DNA of 64,000 nucleotides from an uncultured Myxococcales bacterium (GTDB lineage: Bacteria > Myxococcota_A > UBA9042 > PWKZ01 > CAYRCM01), in assembly GCA_964422715.1 (NCBI GenBank), contig CAYRCM010000003.1, positions 15,377 to 79,376 on the forward strand, written 5' to 3'. Of this stretch, positions 61,557-64,000 are shown in pieces. The first letter of the stretch is position 1. Each line of letters opens with the position of its first letter. The position numbers were made by a program, and so were the translations under genes. The notes below the pieces were generated by a model. That model ran no database searches. It saw only the letters and a list, made by a program, of their open reading frames with translations, and was not told the DNA's origin.

Positions 61557-63278
61557 CTACTCGGCGAGCGGATCGGCCAGGGTGCCCACGGCGTGGCATG
61601 CGTGGCGATGCGCTGCAATGGCTGGGTCGCGCAACGCTTCCTGGTAGGCCAGGCGGCAGTCTTGGAGGGCGCGGATGGCGCGCGGTTCGAGAGGCTCGGT
61701 CTCGACGTAGCGCACGACGGTGCCGGGATGGTAGGCGTAGAGCGGGTCGTGCGGCAGGGCCCGCTGCACGGCCTGGACGACGGACCCTCCGGGCGGCATG
61801 CCGCTGCCGATCTGCTGGGCGGATGTGCGCAGCGCTCCTGCTCCCGACAGCGCGACCCACGGGCTGGCCCACGTCTGCAAGTGTTCGACGGCTGCGGCCG
61901 TGGTGAGCGGGTCGACCACCTGATAGGAGCCGACGATGCGTTCGTCGAAGAGCCGGCATGCGCCGAGGCAATAGAGTTCGAGGCGGTCCATGAAGCCCTC
62001 GAAGCCCTTGGCTTCGAGATTGCCGTTGCCCTGGCGTTCGGACCACTCGGCGAACCGTTCGGACTGGCCGTCGAGCAGCGCATCGTCGGTCAGCGACGTG
62101 TTGTCGCCCCGCACGTGCGCCATGAGCAGGCTCGGAAGGTCGGTCGGCGGCTGCAGCGAGAAGTTGCGCTCTTCGATGGGCGGGATGTCGTAGGTTTCGA
62201 ATTCCTCGCGCATGTCGCGTGCGGCGGCGGCAAGCTCGGCTTCGGGCCAACCCGCGCCAAGTCCGCAACGGCGCGCCTCGGGCCGCCCGCGGTTGGCTGC
62301 CCAGCGTTCGAGCAAGGTGGCACCCAACAGATAGGCCGCGGCGCTGCGCAGGCGACCGCCGCCGGGCGCCATGCCCGCCATGCCGAACGCGCTGTACCGG
62401 GCGAGCTGCGGCGTGGCGTAACGGTGGCGCCGCAACGCCCCCGAAAACGCCGATCGGCTCAGTTCGAGCACGAGTGTTTCGGCTACCATCTCGATCGGTT
62501 CGAGCGGGTCGATGGGGCGCTGGCCGGTGCCGGTCTCACGGTCGACCACGTACACGCCGTGGAAGGGCGGGTTCGGGCCCGACTGTGCCGAATGCACCTC
62601 GCGAAAGGCCGCGTAGCCGTTGGCGCGGCCAATGAGGCGGCGCCGCTCGTCGTAGCCGACGAACAGCCCGGACAGAAACACGATGCAGCGCACGCGGGCG
62701 TTCGGAATGTGGCCGCGGACGGCGTCGGCGAGGCCGAGCAGGCTGCCCGACCCGATGCCGCCCGCGAGACTGGCCACGACGACCACCTCGATCCGTGGCT
62801 CGACTTCGGCGAAGCCGAGCGCCTTGGCGGCGGCAGCCGCAGCGGGGCTGCCGATCTGGGCAACCTGGCGATCGACTGCCGCCAGAAATTCGGCCTGGCG
62901 GTGCACGAAGGCCAGATGACCGATGAGCCGCGATCGCTCGGCGGGGAGCCCGGCCGTCGACGCGTTGTTGGGCAGAACCTCGGAGACCCCCGGCAGCAGA
63001 TCGGGGTGCGAGAGCATCTGCGCCGCCGTGGCCGCATGGAGCCTCAGCGACACGCGCGCCGTCTCGGATAGCGCCACCTTGCGCGCCACCCGTGCCGGCA
63101 GTTCGGGCGTGGGGTTGCGTTCGGTGTCGCGGTCGACCCACAGGAAGCCGGTAACGGGAAGCGACGTACGGCGGTACCGTTCGTAGAGCCGCCGCCGCGT
63201 GCGGAACACGACTTCGCGGCCGAGGCCGCCCAATCCGATGACCAGCGTCGGCCGAAGCGCTGCCGTCTCGTCCGCCAT
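61557..63278 (-). CDS. Tubulin/FtsZ-superfamily GTPase-like protein (Tubulin_2-type candidate)
   Basis: N-terminal Rossmann-like glycine loop (PTLVIGLGGLGREVV) and a T4-loop-like signature (SLAGGIGSGSLLG, compare tubulin GGGTGSG). 573 aa with no obvious FtsZ C-terminal tail. Confidence 0.5.
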   Translation of the reverse strand: MADETAALRPTLVIGLGGLGREVVFRTRRRLYERYRRTSLPVTGFLWVDRDTERNPTPELPARVARKVALSETARVSLRLHAATAAQMLSHPDLLPGVSEVLPNNASTAGLPAERSRLIGHLAFVHRQAEFLAAVDRQVAQIGSPAAAAAAKALGFAEVEPRIEVVVVASLAGGIGSGSLLGLADAVRGHIPNARVRCIVFLSGLFVGYDERRRLIGRANGYAAFREVHSAQSGPNPPFHGVYVVDRETGTGQRPIDPLEPIEMVAETLVLELSRSAFSGALRRHRYATPQLARYSAFGMAGMAPGGGRLRSAAAYLLGATLLERWAANRGRPEARRCGLGAGWPEAELAAAARDMREEFETYDIPPIEERNFSLQPPTDLPSLLMAHVRGDNTSLTDDALLDGQSERFAEWSERQGNGNLEAKGFEGFMDRLELYCLGACRLFDERIVGSYQVVDPLTTAAAVEHLQTWASPWVALSGAGALRTSAQQIGSGMPPGGSVVQAVQRALPHDPLYAYHPGTVVRYVETEPLEPRAIRALQDCRLAYQEALRDPAIAAHRHACHAVGTLADPLAE

Positions 63279-63458
63279 GCCTTAGTACCCCGTGACGCAG
63301 TGGTAACTCGTTACGACGCCTTGCGAAAAGGGCATGCGCCCCGCGCTGCGCCGAGCGGGGCGCATCCTAGCACACGCCTTTGCGGTGGGGCAACTTGCAG
63401 AGCGCCGGCGAGGAGGCGGTCCGCAGAACCGCGCCAGCCAGGCGCTCGGCGCGCACGC

Positions 63459-63893
63459 CTAGGCGCGCGGGGGCGGCGGGGGCAGGGCGACGGACAGGAC
63501 CTTGAGCCGCACGACGATGCTGCGCCCTGCAAGCGGGTGGTTGCCGTCGAGCACGACCTCCTTGTCGCTGAAGTCGACGACGGTGAGCTGCACCGACTTG
63601 CCCTTGTCGGTGGTGGCTTCGACGCGCTTGCCCTTCTCGAGTTTGAGGTCGCGCGGCATGGCGGAGCGCGGCAGGCGTTTCACGTCGCTTTCGTCGCGCA
63701 CGCCAAAGAAATTGGGTATTTCGAGCTCGACGACGTCGCCAACGCTCTTGCCCTCGAGGGCATCGAGGAGCTGCTGGTGGCGCATCTTCATCTTTCCGTG
63801 CTCGTAGTTGATCTGCTTGGCCTCGACCAGTTCGCCGTCGGTCGTCAGCACGGAATAGTCGAGTCTCACGATCGTTCCGTTCGCGATCTTCAT
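63459..63893 (-). CDS. FKBP-type peptidyl-prolyl cis-trans isomerase (SlyD/FkpB-like)
   Basis: Start moved to the ATG at 63893 (MKIANGTIVRLDYSVLTTDGELVE…), which is FKBP-like. The IF-insert region (…LKLEKGKRVEATTDKGKSVQLTVVDFSDKEVVLDGNHPLAG…) is typical of SlyD-like FKBPs. Confidence 0.75.
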   Translation of the reverse strand: MKIANGTIVRLDYSVLTTDGELVEAKQINYEHGKMKMRHQQLLDALEGKSVGDVVELEIPNFFGVRDESDVKRLPRSAMPRDLKLEKGKRVEATTDKGKSVQLTVVDFSDKEVVLDGNHPLAGRSIVVRLKVLSVALPPPPPRA

Positions 63894-64000
63894 CTCGTTT
63901 GTCACCCCCCGTACGGAAGTTTCCGAAAACGGGCTGTACTCTAGCACGGCCGACGGAACGCGACAACTTCCGGGAGCCCCCGGTACACCCACCAAGCGCC

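Overview
This is a 64-kb, roughly 70 % GC window that looks like a myxobacterial (Myxococcales-type) chromosome segment. The lineage guess rests on two large lipoproteins carrying tandem myxobacterial-style Cys-rich repeats. Across the whole window, the opposite strand of every real gene carries long Arg/Gly/Ala-rich ORFs. These are GC-content artifacts and I did not call them.

Housekeeping content:
- A minus-strand tRNA cluster (Arg-TCT, Arg-TCG, Lys-CTT, Leu-TAG) followed by tig-clpP-clpX-lon.
- A partial NADH:quinone oxidoreductase operon reading nuoE-F-J-K-L-M-N, with no nuoA-D or nuoG-I in the window.
- A peptidoglycan recycling and remodelling trio: an AmgK-like sugar kinase, a MurU-like nucleotidyltransferase, and a LysM plus MepA-like endopeptidase.
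- A PP2C phosphatase, uvrA and a Hanks-type Ser/Thr kinase.
- A NicO/RcnA-type metal transporter, a HAD-IIA phosphatase, an MBL-fold hydrolase, a lipoprotein plus M3 oligoendopeptidase F pair, a tubulin/FtsZ-like GTPase and an FKBP-type PPIase.

The most interesting region is 27.5-39.8 kb, a co-directional operon that looks like a contractile injection system (phage-tail-like) module. From a rare AT-rich promoter island it runs as follows:
- a DUF4255-like cap protein;
- sheath 1 and tube 1;
- a hairpin with a U-tract;
- a small chaperone-like ORF with a -1 overlapping extension, in the geometry of phage E/E' or G/GT;
- sheath 2 (with a large insertion) and tube 2;
- a 1624-aa Ala/Pro/Arg-rich low-complexity protein in the tape-measure position;
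- a LysM tube-initiator-like protein;
- a GpD/gp27-like hub.

No baseplate wedge (gp25, gp6/J), PAAR or spike tip, tail fibre or AAA+ ATPase is present. The operon is followed instead by a porin-like gene and a 1976-aa PHP-domain, Ca-binding, Cys-rich lipoprotein. This looks like an incomplete, split or non-canonical CIS locus and deserves follow-up.

Every functional call here comes from reading motifs and gene context directly in the sequence; no database search was possible.
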